64,000 nucleotides of DNA from an uncultured Alphaproteobacteria bacterium (GTDB lineage: Bacteria; Pseudomonadota; Alphaproteobacteria; Rhizobiales; Xanthobacteraceae): NCBI GenBank assembly GCA_963841105.1, contig CAWJCB010000030.1:165325-229324 (forward strand). The letters are read 5' to 3'. The position numbers and the translations under genes are program-made. The notes under the pieces were generated by a model, which did not search any database, was not told the origin of the DNA, and was given only the letters and a program-made list of their open reading frames with translations. Of this stretch, positions 38,826 through 48,312 are shown piece by piece (the first letter of the stretch is position 1; each line of letters starts with the position of its first letter).

Positions 38826-41800
38826 ATGCTGCAGGTTTGGGTCGTCATCGCGGTTGCGCTCGGTTATCTGGGCCTGCTGTTCGTCATTGCGACTTACGGC
38901 GATGAGACCGGACAACTCGGACGAGGGAACCGCTGGCGTCGCTTCATCTACCCGCTCTCGCTTGCGATCTACTGCACCTCCTGGACTTTCTTCGGTTCGG
39001 TCGGCCTCGCATCGCGCAGGGGATTTGATTTCCTCGCTATCTATGTTGGTCCGATCCTCGTCATTGGCCTTTGCTCGCCCCTGATCACGCGCATCGTGCG
39101 CCTTGCCAAAGCGCAAAACATCACCTCGATCGCTGACTTCATTGCAGCACGATACGGAAAAGCGCAGACCGTTGCAGCCGCGGTGGCTCTGATCGCGATC
39201 ATCGGCACAATTCCCTATATCGCGCTGCAGCTCAAAGCGGTATCCGCCTCACTGACCACGATTCTCCTGGCGGCTGGCCCGGCCACGGAACCCATGCAAC
39301 CCGTGTTGGGGGATATCGCCCTCTATGTGGCTATGGTCATGGCGATATTCGCGGTCCTGTTTGGTACGCGGCACATCGATGCCACCGAGCACCAGAATGG
39401 CCTGATGCTCGCCATCGCGACGGAATCGCTGGTCAAGCTCATAGCCTTCCTCGCCGTCGGCGTGTTTGTGACGTTTTGGATGTTCGATGGGCCATTTGCG
39501 TTGTTCGCGCAGGCGCTGGACCGGCCGGAAAGCGCGAACGCCCTCATGCGCGAACCCGCCTCTGCCAACCTGACAGCGATGATACTGCTCTCAGTATTCG
39601 CGATCATTCTGCTGCCCCGCCAGTTCCACGTCACGGTGGTCGAGAACAACAATGAAAGCGAGATCAGGCGCGCGTCCTGGCTCTTTCCACTCTACCTCGT
39701 GCTGATCAATCTGTTCGTGGTGCCGATCGCGGTGGCCGGCCTGCTGACATTCACGGACGGCCAGGTTGATGGTGACATGTTCGTTCTGGCGCTCCCGCTC
39801 GCAGGGCGGTCGGAGCTGTTGACGGTCGCCGCTTTCGTCGGCGGGCTTTCTGCTGCAACCGCGATGGTGATCGTGGAATCGGTCGCACTCGCGATCATGG
39901 TGTCGAACGATATCGTGATGCCCTTCGTCCTGCAGCGGCGCGAGACCTTGATCAGCGGTCGCGAGAATGTCGGCGGATTGCTGCTCACGGTACGTCGAAT
40001 GGCGATCTTCGCCATTCTCTTTCTCGCATATGTCTATTACCGAGTCGCCGGCGACGCGCATCTGGCGTCGATCGGCTTGCTGTCCTTTGCCGCTGTTGCA
40101 CAGCTTGCGCCCGCATTTTTCGGCGGACTGATCTGGCGCCGGGCCACCGCCCGCGGTGCGCTGGCGGGAATGACCATCGGTATCGTTGTTTGGGCGTATA
40201 CGCTGTTGCTGCCAGGCTTGGCTGAAGCCGGAATCATCGGCGATACGCTTCTCTCCCATGGGCCATGGGACATCGCTGCGCTCCGGCCGCAGGCTTTGTT
40301 TGGGCTTGATCTTTCGCCCCTTGCTCACGGGGTGGTCTGGACGCTTTCCCTAAACCTTCTCGCTTATGTTCTGTTCTCGTTGGGCGGCGCCCCCGCCGCG
40401 ATCGAACGACTGCAAGCGGACCTGTTCGTTCCTTCGGCGCTCACGCCCATTCCTCCAAGCTTTCGTCTCTGGCGCTCCGCGGTGACGGTGGAGGAGCTGA
40501 CCACGGCGGTTGCCCGTTATCTGGGAGAGGAGCGTACCCGCAATTCCTTCAGCAGCTACGCGTCGACACGCGGATTTGATATCGACCCGAAAGCGGGGGC
40601 GGACTTCCAGCTGCTGCGCTATGCAGAGCACCTTCTCGCCTCCGCGATCGGAGCGGCGTCGTCTCGGCTGGTGTTGTCGCTGCTCCTGCGCAAACGCACG
40701 GTTTCCACCAAGGCCGCTCTCAAGCTCCTCGACGATGCAAGCGCCGCAATCCACTACAACCGCGAAATTCTCCAGACCGCGCTCGACCATGTGCGCCAGG
40801 GTATCGCGGTGTTCGACAAGGAGCTGCAGCTGGTGTGCTGGAATCGGCAGTTCGGCGAGCTCCTCGCACTGCCGACGCAGTTGACCCGGGTAGGAACCCG
40901 TCTCGAGCAGATCATCCGATTTAACGCCGAGCGCAGCACACGCGAGCCGGCCGCCATCGACGCGGCGGTAGGCGAGCGCCTGCAGCGCTATACCGCGAAT
41001 GACGAGCCGTTCCTTGAGCGACTCCCGGACCATGACCTGGTCATGGAGGTGCGTGCAAGCCCCATGCCTGACGAGGGCATCGTGACGACCTTTACTGACA
41101 TCACGGCGATTGTGAAAACAGCGGAAGAGCTCGAGCGCGCCAACGAGTCGCTCGAGCTCAGGGTCACGGAGCGCACGGAGGAGCTCACTCGGCTCAACCG
41201 TGAGCTGGAGCACGCAAAGGCTGAGGCGGAACAGGCCAATATTTCAAAGACTCGATTTCTTGCCGCCGCAAGTCACGACATCCTCCAGCCCCTCAATGCA
41301 GCGCGCCTCTACGTCACCAGCCTGGTGGAGCGGCAGACCGCCGGCAGCGATGCCCAGCTGGTCGGCAACATCGACGCCTCGCTCGACGCAGTCGAGGAAT
41401 ATTTGGCGCCTTGCTCGATATTTCGCGGCTCGATAGCGGGGCAATGAAGCCCGAGATCGTCAGCTTTCGTGTCGACGAGCTATTGCGCCAGTTGGAAGTG
41501 GAGTTTGCGCCGCTGGCGCAGGAAAAGGGACTGGGGCTCACATTCGCGCCCTGCTCACTCTCGGTTCGGTCCGACCGGCGGCTGCTGCGGCGCCTGTTGC
41601 AAAATCTGGTCTCGAACGCGATCAAATACACACCTAAAGGTCGCGTCCTCGTCGGTTGCCGCCGCCACCGGGAATGCCTGCGCATCGATGTCTTCGACAC
41701 CGGCATCGGCATTCCGAGCTCAAAGAAGCGCGCTGTGTTCCAGGAATTTCACCGGCTCGATCAAGGCGCGAAGGTCGCCCGCGGCCTCGGGCTGGGACTA

Positions 41801-42343
41801 TCCATCGTGGAACGGATCGCGCGCGTTCTCAACCACAAGCTCTCTCTTCTGTCGGTACCTGAACGAGGCTCGCAGTTTTCCGTGGAAGTGCCGGTTTCCA
41901 CAGCGGCTCCTGTCAGTCATCCCCGTCACCAGGCGCGCGAATTCGATCACGTCCGGCTTTCAGGCGTGACCGTGCTGTGCCTCGACAACGACCTCGCCAT
42001 TATCGACGGGATGGAATCGCTATTGGGCGGCTGGGGTTGCGCGGTCTTGAAGGCTCAGGATCTCCAAACCGCGCTGACAGTCATTGCGCGGCATCCGGCA
42101 AAACCCGACGCCCTCCTGATCGATTACCACCTCGACGATAGCGACGGCATCGAGATCATTGGCCGATTGCGCCATCGGCTTGGCGCCGATCTCACCGCGA
42201 TACTGATCACCGCGGACAGGAGCCCGCGGGTGCGCACCGATGCCCGTATCAACAATATCCACGTGCTCCACAAGCCGCTCAAGCCGGCCGCCCTGCGCGC
42301 GCTGCTCATGCAGCATTGCATCTTGCGCGTGGCCGCCGAGTAG
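38826..42343 (+). pseudogene. hybrid sensor histidine kinase with N-terminal sodium:solute-symporter-like domain (CrbS-like), reading frame broken near 41399
   Basis: ATG at 38826. About 13 TM helices (SLC5-like), a PAS region and the H-box FLAAASHDILQPLN. After ...DAVEE the frame is lost. IFGALLDISRLDSGAMKPE, the HATPase (DTGIGIP, GLGLGLSIV) and REC domains continue in ORF 41411..42343. Confidence 0.85.
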
Positions 42344-43039
42344 TCATTGCGGCCACTGGCCCAGCTCGATCTTGGACGCCGCGATTACCGCTTGGGTACG
42401 GCTCTCGACCCCGAGCTTCTGCAAGATCGCGGACACGTGCGCCTTCACCGTCGCCTCCGAGACGCCGAGCTCGTGGGCTATCTGCTTGTTCAGCAAACCT
42501 TCTGATAACATCATCAAGACTCGCACCTGCTGTGGCGTGAGCGAGGACAGTCGGGAGAGCAGGACGGCGGTCTGCGCGTCCACGGCGCCGCCGGACGAAA
42601 CGTCAGGGGGAGTCCAGAGGTGACCTTGTAACACACTATCGATTGCTGTCCGCATGACCTCGACGCCGAGCGTCTTGGGGATGAAGCCGGAAGCGCCGAA
42701 CTCCATGCAGCGGCGGACCACCGCCGGGTCATCATTGCCGGAAACGACGATGATGGGAACGCTCGGATATTGGCCGCGCAGGTACAAAAGGCCGGAGAAG
42801 CCGCGCACCCCCGGCATCGAGAGGTCGAGCAGGATCAGGTCAACTTCGGCGCCGCGATCCAAGAGCTTCGTGATCTCGTCGAAGCAGCCGGCTTCGGCAA
42901 TTTCAGCTTCGTCAAACATGCCCGACAGGGCCTCGCGCAACGCGCCCCGAAAAAGCGGATGGTCATCGGCAATGATGAGCCGGCTCAAACCCCTTAGCCG
43001 TTTCATCTCGGTACGGGCTGCTTCCATGCCTTGGAGCAT
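42344..43039 (-). CDS. LuxR/FixJ-family response regulator (REC + HTH), CrbR-like
   Basis: REC domain (LIIADDHPLF, DLILLDLSMPG) and LuxR HTH (LTPQQVRVLMMLSEGLLNKQIAHELGVSEATVKAHV). Alternative starts at 43027 and 43006. Confidence 0.88.
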   Translation of the reverse strand: MLQGMEAARTEMKRLRGLSRLIIADDHPLFRGALREALSGMFDEAEIAEAGCFDEITKLLDRGAEVDLILLDLSMPGVRGFSGLLYLRGQYPSVPIIVVSGNDDPAVVRRCMEFGASGFIPKTLGVEVMRTAIDSVLQGHLWTPPDVSSGGAVDAQTAVLLSRLSSLTPQQVRVLMMLSEGLLNKQIAHELGVSEATVKAHVSAILQKLGVESRTQAVIAASKIELGQWPQ

Positions 43040-43081
43040 ATCACCACGGGGGACACTCGTTCCTGCCGTACGTTACTCGAC

Positions 43082-43546
43082 CTATGAGCGGCGGCTCCCG
43101 ATGAACTGGAGCATGATTTCTCGCCGGTGCGGCCTGGCCCGATGCTCCGCTACATAAATGCCTTGCCACGTGCCCAGTGCGAGAGCACCCGCGCGCACCG
43201 GCACATGCAGCGAAACGCCGGTGAGCATCGTCTTCACGTGCGCAGGCATGTCGTCCCGACCCTCCGTATCGTGCAGCCAGCCGGCATCTTCTGGCGCAAT
43301 TCGGGCGAGCGCTGTCGCAAGGTCAGCCCGCACCAGCGCATCCGCATTCTCCTGGACAACGAGCGAGGCTGACGTGTGCCGGATGAAAGCTACGAGAGTG
43401 CCGTCGTCAGCGTTAGCCTGCGCCAGAAAACGCGCGGCGTCACCCGTGATCTCGGTGAAGCTCTCGCCCCGCGTCGTCATCACGAGGGTGGCGGTCACGA
43501 CGATCTCGGGCACAGTGCTGGTGATGCCGGTTAATTCGACGGTCAT
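43082..43546 (-). CDS. YjbQ family protein (UPF0047, secondary thiamine-phosphate synthase)
   Basis: HTSASLVVQENAD, DDMPAHVK and GTWQGIY..EHR. 154 aa. Confidence 0.85.
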   Translation of the reverse strand: MTVELTGITSTVPEIVVTATLVMTTRGESFTEITGDAARFLAQANADDGTLVAFIRHTSASLVVQENADALVRADLATALARIAPEDAGWLHDTEGRDDMPAHVKTMLTGVSLHVPVRAGALALGTWQGIYVAEHRARPHRREIMLQFIGSRRS

Positions 43547-43580
43547 GATGGATGTGCGCCACCGATCGTGGAAACAAGCG

Positions 43581-44042
43581 TCAGCTTCTGTTCAGCATAT
43601 CTTTCTGCAGAGTCACGATCATTTCCACAAAGCGCCGCCACACCTTTTCAATAAACGTCATCATCTTGTTGAGATCGGCGTCGCTCGGAACCTGCAAAGA
43701 CGGCTGCTCCGGATTACGGACTGGGGGCTCAGGCTTCACCATCCCTGGCAAAGGCAGATTGCGTGCCAGGAGCTCCTTCTTCAGCGCCGCACTCTCCCCC
43801 TGCAGGCGCGCGATCTCCGCTTCGAGCGCAGACCGCTCATCGGGGGCCGCCTGGCACGCCCAGCCAGCCTCGCGCCGCGTGCACAGCGAGACTTGGCCGG
43901 TCCGCCCATCCAGGCGCAAATACCCCTCCTCCAATTTGTTGAACGTGTAGCGGCTGTCATTGATTTCGGCCGGAGTGCCCTGCGCCCGCGCCGCCGATCC
44001 GGCGAGCAGGGCCAGCGCCAGAACCGCAAGAGCCATGCGCAT
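43581..44042 (-). CDS. secreted hypothetical protein with coiled-coil segment
   Basis: ATG at 44042 with AAGGAG RBS. Signal peptide MRMALAVLALALLAGSAARAQG. Heptad-like SALEAEIARLQGESAALKKELLARN. 153 aa. Confidence 0.6.
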   Translation of the reverse strand: MRMALAVLALALLAGSAARAQGTPAEINDSRYTFNKLEEGYLRLDGRTGQVSLCTRREAGWACQAAPDERSALEAEIARLQGESAALKKELLARNLPLPGMVKPEPPVRNPEQPSLQVPSDADLNKMMTFIEKVWRRFVEMIVTLQKDMLNRS

Positions 44043-44100
44043 GACGGTGCATCTCCTTCTTCCGGCGTCCCCGTTCAAAGCAGCGAGAGCGTCAATCATT

Positions 44101-45039
44101 CTACCGCAGCTCACCGCCGGAAAAGAAGTCGCGCAGCTCCCGATAGGTCTCCTCCGGCGCTTCGTCTGAAAGATAGTGCCCGCATGGGAGTGCCTTCCCG
44201 GCCACGATGTTCGACGCATAAAGCGGCCAAATCTGCATGGAGTCGTGATTGCGGCCAACCCCTCCGGTCGCCCCCCACAGCAGCAGCAGCGGGCAGGCGA
44301 TCTTGTGGCCGGCGGCGAAATCCTCCTCGTCCATTGCCAGATCAATGCCATGGGTCGCCCGATAATCCTCGCACATGGCGTGGATGGTCGCGGGATTGCG
44401 GAAATAGCGCTTGTACTCGGCGAGAGCCGCTGGATCGAAGAAGCTCAATCCTTGCTTGGTCTTGGAAAGTTTTCTCTCAATGAAATAATCCGGGTCGGCC
44501 GCCATGAGCCGCTCGGGAAAATCGTAGGGCTGGATCATGAAAAACCAGTGCCACGAGAAAGTGGCCCACTGCCGCGACACATTATTGAGCAGGTGGCGCT
44601 GCGGAATTATGTCGAGAATAGCTGCACGGACGACTTTGTCAGCGTGGTCGAGACACATGCGTTGGAGCACGCGAGCACCCCGATCATGGCCGGCGGCGTA
44701 GAAGCGCTCATGACCGAGCGCCGCCATGACCTCAATCTGGTCCTGCGCCATGGCCCGAAAAGAGTAGCCGCTGTGGTCTTTTCCACCAGGCGGCTTTTCC
44801 GAATCGCCGTATCCGCGCAGATCGGTCGCGACCACGGTGAATTCACGGGCGAGCCGCGGCGCAATCTTCTGCCAGGAGAGGTGCGAGAATGGATTACCGT
44901 GCATGAGCAGCAGCGGCGGCCCGTTGCCTCCGTGCACCGCGACGATCCGGGCGCCGCTTGTCTTTATCTCACTTCGGGCAAAGCCTTCGAACACGGGCAC
45001 CTGCAACGCGCGACTTGGGTGGGCCGTCTCGCAGCGCAA
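44101..45039 (-). CDS. alpha/beta hydrolase, haloacetate (fluoroacetate) dehalogenase family-like
   Basis: HGNPFSH, GHDRGARV (nucleophile Asp followed by two Arg), SWHWFF, CEDYRA and CGHYLSDEAP. Start uncertain. Confidence 0.75.
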   Translation of the reverse strand: MRCETAHPSRALQVPVFEGFARSEIKTSGARIVAVHGGNGPPLLLMHGNPFSHLSWQKIAPRLAREFTVVATDLRGYGDSEKPPGGKDHSGYSFRAMAQDQIEVMAALGHERFYAAGHDRGARVLQRMCLDHADKVVRAAILDIIPQRHLLNNVSRQWATFSWHWFFMIQPYDFPERLMAADPDYFIERKLSKTKQGLSFFDPAALAEYKRYFRNPATIHAMCEDYRATHGIDLAMDEEDFAAGHKIACPLLLLWGATGGVGRNHDSMQIWPLYASNIVAGKALPCGHYLSDEAPEETYRELRDFFSGGELR

Positions 45040-45076
45040 CGCAACTCATCGGGCGGCTTCACCTCGCCTCCTCGCG

Positions 45077-46528
45077 TCAGTGCGTCAGCACAATGAACTC
45101 CGTTCCTCGCCCGGTTTCGCGGCCAAGCCCGTCGTCGGCAATGACCAATGAGGAGCCCGGCATCAAGAGCTCGCTGATGCGCTCGACGGCTTCCTTCGGC
45201 ATCTGGATGCGATCGAGTGCCTCGGCCGCGGTCGATGGAGCCTTAGTGGGGATGACGGGCATTGGTGCCGGCTGCCTTCCCCTTTGGCGGCTCATCCTGC
45301 GGTAATCGACATGGATCGACCCGTCAGTCGGGATCGTCATGAGATTCCAACGCATGCCGCTGCCATCTTCGCTCGGCCCCATCGCGGTGAACACGTGCAG
45401 ACCTAGCGGCTGATCCGGGTCGTCAATCAGGACCGGCATGTCGAACATGGGCGCCATGCCCTGCCGCACGAAGATCTTCTTTTCCTTGCGGCTCACAAAT
45501 ACCGCGACTTGTCCCGTGCGCTTCATCGGTTGATCAGCGGTTTTTCCCCGCGGTGCAAAGGGCTTAGGCGGATCGATCACGGCATCAGGCTTGGCGAGAT
45601 CGTCCGACACCGGCGCGACGAACTGAGCCGCGGCAGGAGCGACATCCGGGACCTGCGCCGGCTCGCGACCCGCCGGAACTTCAACGGATTTGCGCATCTC
45701 CTGTGCGGGCTCAACCGCATCCATTTGCGACGGCGACGCTTGCGCGAGCAGAATGCGCTCCAGGCCGGCACGGCCATCGGTGGCGCTGTTCATGGCAATT
45801 CTCGCTTCCGGAGGCTTCGGCTTGGGCGCGAACAGCTTCGGGTGAGCAAAATCGGCCGGCGTTATTTCATGGCGCGAGACGATAAAGCGCACGCCCAGTT
45901 TGGTAACCGGCCACAGCCTCTGCGCAAAATCGTGCGAGGTCCGGATGCATCCGTGCGACGCCGGATGGCCCGGCAGGACCCCCTCGTGCAAGGCTACGCC
46001 CGACCACGTGATGCGCTGCATGAAAGGCATTGGCGCGCCGCTGTAGATGTTTGAATGGTGGTAGCGGTCCTTCTCGATAATGCTGAAGACGCCCGTGGGC
46101 GTCGAATGACCGGGCATGCCGGTCGAAACCGGTCCTTGGGCAACCCGCACGCCATTGCTATAGAGCGTGACTTTCTGGGTGCTGATATTGACGGCAAGCT
46201 GCAACGGGCCCTTGGGCATATCGCCGAACCCAGGAGGCTCCTTGCGAGGTTCCGACCTTTCCCGATGGCTAGGGGAGGCGTGGCGGATGCGACGGCTGGT
46301 GTAACCGCCATACCAGCCGCTGTATGACGATGCATATGGGAACCGACGCGGATAATAGGCATCCGCCGGGCTTGCAAGACCGGCAACGAAAGCCACCGCC
46401 AAGCTCGAAATCAGCGCCGCGCGCAGACCGGAAAGCCGTGCGCGTTCAGCCGCAGGGTTCCTCCCCAGCATTCTCCCCAAAACAGCCCCCAAGACACCCT
46501 CCACCCTTCGACCCTGAAATCTTGTCAA
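45077..46528 (-). CDS. L,D-transpeptidase family protein (large, YkuD domain plus C-terminal extension)
   Basis: YkuD motif HEGVLPGHPASHGCIRTS. N-terminal TM/signal (LISSLAVAFVAGLASPADA). 483 aa. Confidence 0.85.
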   Translation of the reverse strand: MTRFQGRRVEGVLGAVLGRMLGRNPAAERARLSGLRAALISSLAVAFVAGLASPADAYYPRRFPYASSYSGWYGGYTSRRIRHASPSHRERSEPRKEPPGFGDMPKGPLQLAVNISTQKVTLYSNGVRVAQGPVSTGMPGHSTPTGVFSIIEKDRYHHSNIYSGAPMPFMQRITWSGVALHEGVLPGHPASHGCIRTSHDFAQRLWPVTKLGVRFIVSRHEITPADFAHPKLFAPKPKPPEARIAMNSATDGRAGLERILLAQASPSQMDAVEPAQEMRKSVEVPAGREPAQVPDVAPAAAQFVAPVSDDLAKPDAVIDPPKPFAPRGKTADQPMKRTGQVAVFVSRKEKKIFVRQGMAPMFDMPVLIDDPDQPLGLHVFTAMGPSEDGSGMRWNLMTIPTDGSIHVDYRRMSRQRGRQPAPMPVIPTKAPSTAAEALDRIQMPKEAVERISELLMPGSSLVIADDGLGRETGRGTEFIVLTH

Positions 46529-46740
46529 AAACTCTTGCCCGCCCCGCGGTCACCGTCGCGAGCTCCGAGTGCCTTTTCCATGAACTCCGTGAGCCACTCG
46601 TATCGCAAGGGGCATTTGATTCCTCTTCCAGAATATCCGTCCTGCTTGCGTAAAGTCGATTCCTTCGCGCGTCCGGCAGCGCTGCATGCTGAGGTGATTC
46701 GGTAAACAAATCTGCGCGTATGGCTCAGACCATGCGAGCA

Positions 46741-46769
46741 ATTTATCTCGTTGAATTCACAAGATAAAT
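46741..46769. promoter_or_regulatory. 29-bp AT-rich palindrome (candidate operator)
   Basis: ATTTATCT-CGTTGAATTCACA-AGATAAAT: perfect 8-bp arms around a TGAATTCA core, in the 480-bp gap between the L,D-transpeptidase and DUF1328 genes. Confidence 0.3.
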
Positions 46770-46960
46770 CAGAGATGCGGGCGTTGTCTCTGGGAGGCTT
46801 TTAGGGCCCGTGCCGGCGCGGCCCGGCGGTTTCCGAGAGGATTGATTTCTCGCGCGATGAGGCTTTCCAGCAACGGTCCGGGACGAATGGATATCTCGCT
46901 GGCGAGACGGCGCCGAGAAGTAGGGATTGAGACAGAGCCGTGCGGCTCTGCACGGCATCT

Positions 46961-46985
46961 GGAACCCTTTCGGCTTTATGACGTT
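46961..46985 (+). promoter_or_regulatory. EcfG-type (general stress response) promoter upstream of the DUF1328 gene
   Basis: GGAAC (46961-46965), N16, CGTT (46982-46985). Exact match to the GGAAC-N16/17-CGTT consensus, 30 nt upstream of the ATG. Confidence 0.7.
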
Positions 46986-47015
46986 TGCACCTACAAACAA
47001 TCGAGGAGCATTGCC

Positions 47016-47195
47016 ATGCTTGGCTGGGCGCTCACCTTTCTGGTTGTGGCTTTGATCGCGGCCGTGCTCGGGTTTGGCGGTATCGCCGGATTCGCGGTCG
47101 AGATTGCAAAAATCATCTTTTTCGTCGCAATCATTCTTTTCGTCATCTCCGCGATCTTTGGGTTCATGCGCGGCCGTTCACCAACCATTCCTTGA
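47016..47195 (+). CDS. DUF1328 family small membrane protein (YtjA-like)
   Basis: [58 protein letters not shown]. 59 aa. Confidence 0.85.
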   Translation: MLGWALTFLVVALIAAVLGFGGIAGFAVEIAKIIFFVAIILFVISAIFGFMRGRSPTIP

Positions 47196-47204
47196 CACAA
47201 GGCG

Positions 47205-47756
47205 TCAGCCACCTCTGCCTGCCGAAAGAATTGCTCGCGTGGCGTGATCCGGACCAAAATCGTCAGCACCATTTATTGACAGCAACTCGGAAAGCCGCGT
47301 ACGGGCGCGGTTGACTTGACTCTTGATGGTGCCGACGGCGCAATCGCAAATTGCAGCCGCCTCTTCGTACGAGAAGCCTGACGCGCCCACCAGGATAAGC
47401 GCCTCGCGCTGGTCGGGCGGCAGTTTCGCTAGCGCAACACGAAATTCCTCAAACTCGACTCGGCCATGTTGCTCCGGATGCGATTTGAGCGTCTCGGCGT
47501 AGCTGCCGTCGGTGTCCTCGACCTCACGCCTTCGTTTGCGATACTCCGATCGAAACAGGTTGCGCAAAATGGTGAACAACCAGGCCGACATGTTTGTCCC
47601 GGGCTGGAATGAATTGATGTTGGCCATTGCTCGCAGCAGCGTTTCCTGGACAAGATCGTCGGCCCGATCCACATTGCCGCACAAGGATATCGCGAATGCG
47701 CGCAGGCTGGGCACGGCTGCCAGCATCGCATCGCGTACAGAGGGTCGCATTGTCAT
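47205..47756 (-). CDS. ecfG: ECF sigma factor EcfG (general stress response)
   Basis: Region 2 (DDLVQETLLRAMANINSFQPGTNMSAWLFTILRNLFRSEYRKRRRE) and region 4 (REALILVGASGFSYEEAAAICDCAVGTIKSQVNRAR). Immediately downstream of nepR. Confidence 0.9.
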   Translation of the reverse strand: MTMRPSVRDAMLAAVPSLRAFAISLCGNVDRADDLVQETLLRAMANINSFQPGTNMSAWLFTILRNLFRSEYRKRRREVEDTDGSYAETLKSHPEQHGRVEFEEFRVALAKLPPDQREALILVGASGFSYEEAAAICDCAVGTIKSQVNRARTRLSELLSINGADDFGPDHATRAILSAGRGG

Positions 47757-47810
47757 CAGTTTGATCCCTTGGTGCCGGGCGGGTGCAAAGGCTTGGCTTC
47801 CATAAGGTGA

Positions 47811-48158
47811 TCAGAGTTCTGAGTTCTGCCCGTCAGCCCTTCGGTGGGCCGCTTCGTCATGCCTGCTCTCTTCATGCGACAAGGCAGCGCCAGCCTTGCC
47901 CCCCTCCGCGGAGTCGAGCTTGTCCAACAGGTCCCGAAATCGATCGGGCACACCTTGGCGAATGACATCGTCGTAAGCGCGCTGAAGAATGTCGCCCAGC
48001 CGGCGTTGATCATCCCGACTGAGCCGTCCTCCAGCTTTCTTTATGTGGGCGTCCGTCTGCATTGCGGCCTCTGCCCTTGGCGCCGCATGTTCCGGCGCGA
48101 GATGTGATTGAGATTTCCGCCCCGTCAAGCCCGAGCTAAGTGGCTTCGATTCCTTCAT
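47811..48158 (-). CDS. nepR: anti-sigma factor NepR
   Basis: NepR core LGDILQRAYDDVIRQGVPDRFRDLLDKLD. Start either ATG 48158 (GAGGA RBS) or ATG 48062. Confidence 0.8.
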   Translation of the reverse strand: MKESKPLSSGLTGRKSQSHLAPEHAAPRAEAAMQTDAHIKKAGGRLSRDDQRRLGDILQRAYDDVIRQGVPDRFRDLLDKLDSAEGGKAGAALSHEESRHDEAAHRRADGQNSEL

Positions 48159-48215
48159 TTTCCTCACCCCGCAGGCCATAGGGCGCTGCGGGTCCCTCCC
48201 TACTCATGTTGGCAT

Positions 48216-48240
48216 AACGTGATGCAAAACCGTTCGTTCC
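48216..48240 (-). promoter_or_regulatory. EcfG-type promoter for nepR-ecfG
   Basis: The minus strand reads GGAAC-GAACGGTTTTGCATCA-CGTT (GGAAC = complement of 48236-48240, CGTT = complement of 48216-48219). Exact consensus with a 16-nt spacer. Confidence 0.75.
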
Positions 48241-48249
48241 CCGCTTCAT

Positions 48250-48274
48250 GGAACTTTGTTGTGGCACGATTGTT
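48250..48274 (+). promoter_or_regulatory. EcfG-type promoter for phyR (near-consensus)
   Basis: GGAAC (48250-48254), N16, TGTT (48271-48274), about 40 nt upstream of the phyR GTG. Back-to-back with the nepR promoter. Confidence 0.6.
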
Positions 48275-48312
48275 TCCGCCCGATATGCTATCGGACTGAG
48301 TGGGAGGGATCC

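Noticed and set aside
41411-42343. Treating the 310-aa ORF (and likewise 59808..60203) as an independent gene with a TTG start
   Set aside because: In both cases the frame is open and homologous upstream of the TTG, and joins the preceding ORF after a 1-nt correction. An HATPase-REC protein without a DHp domain is not a functional unit.
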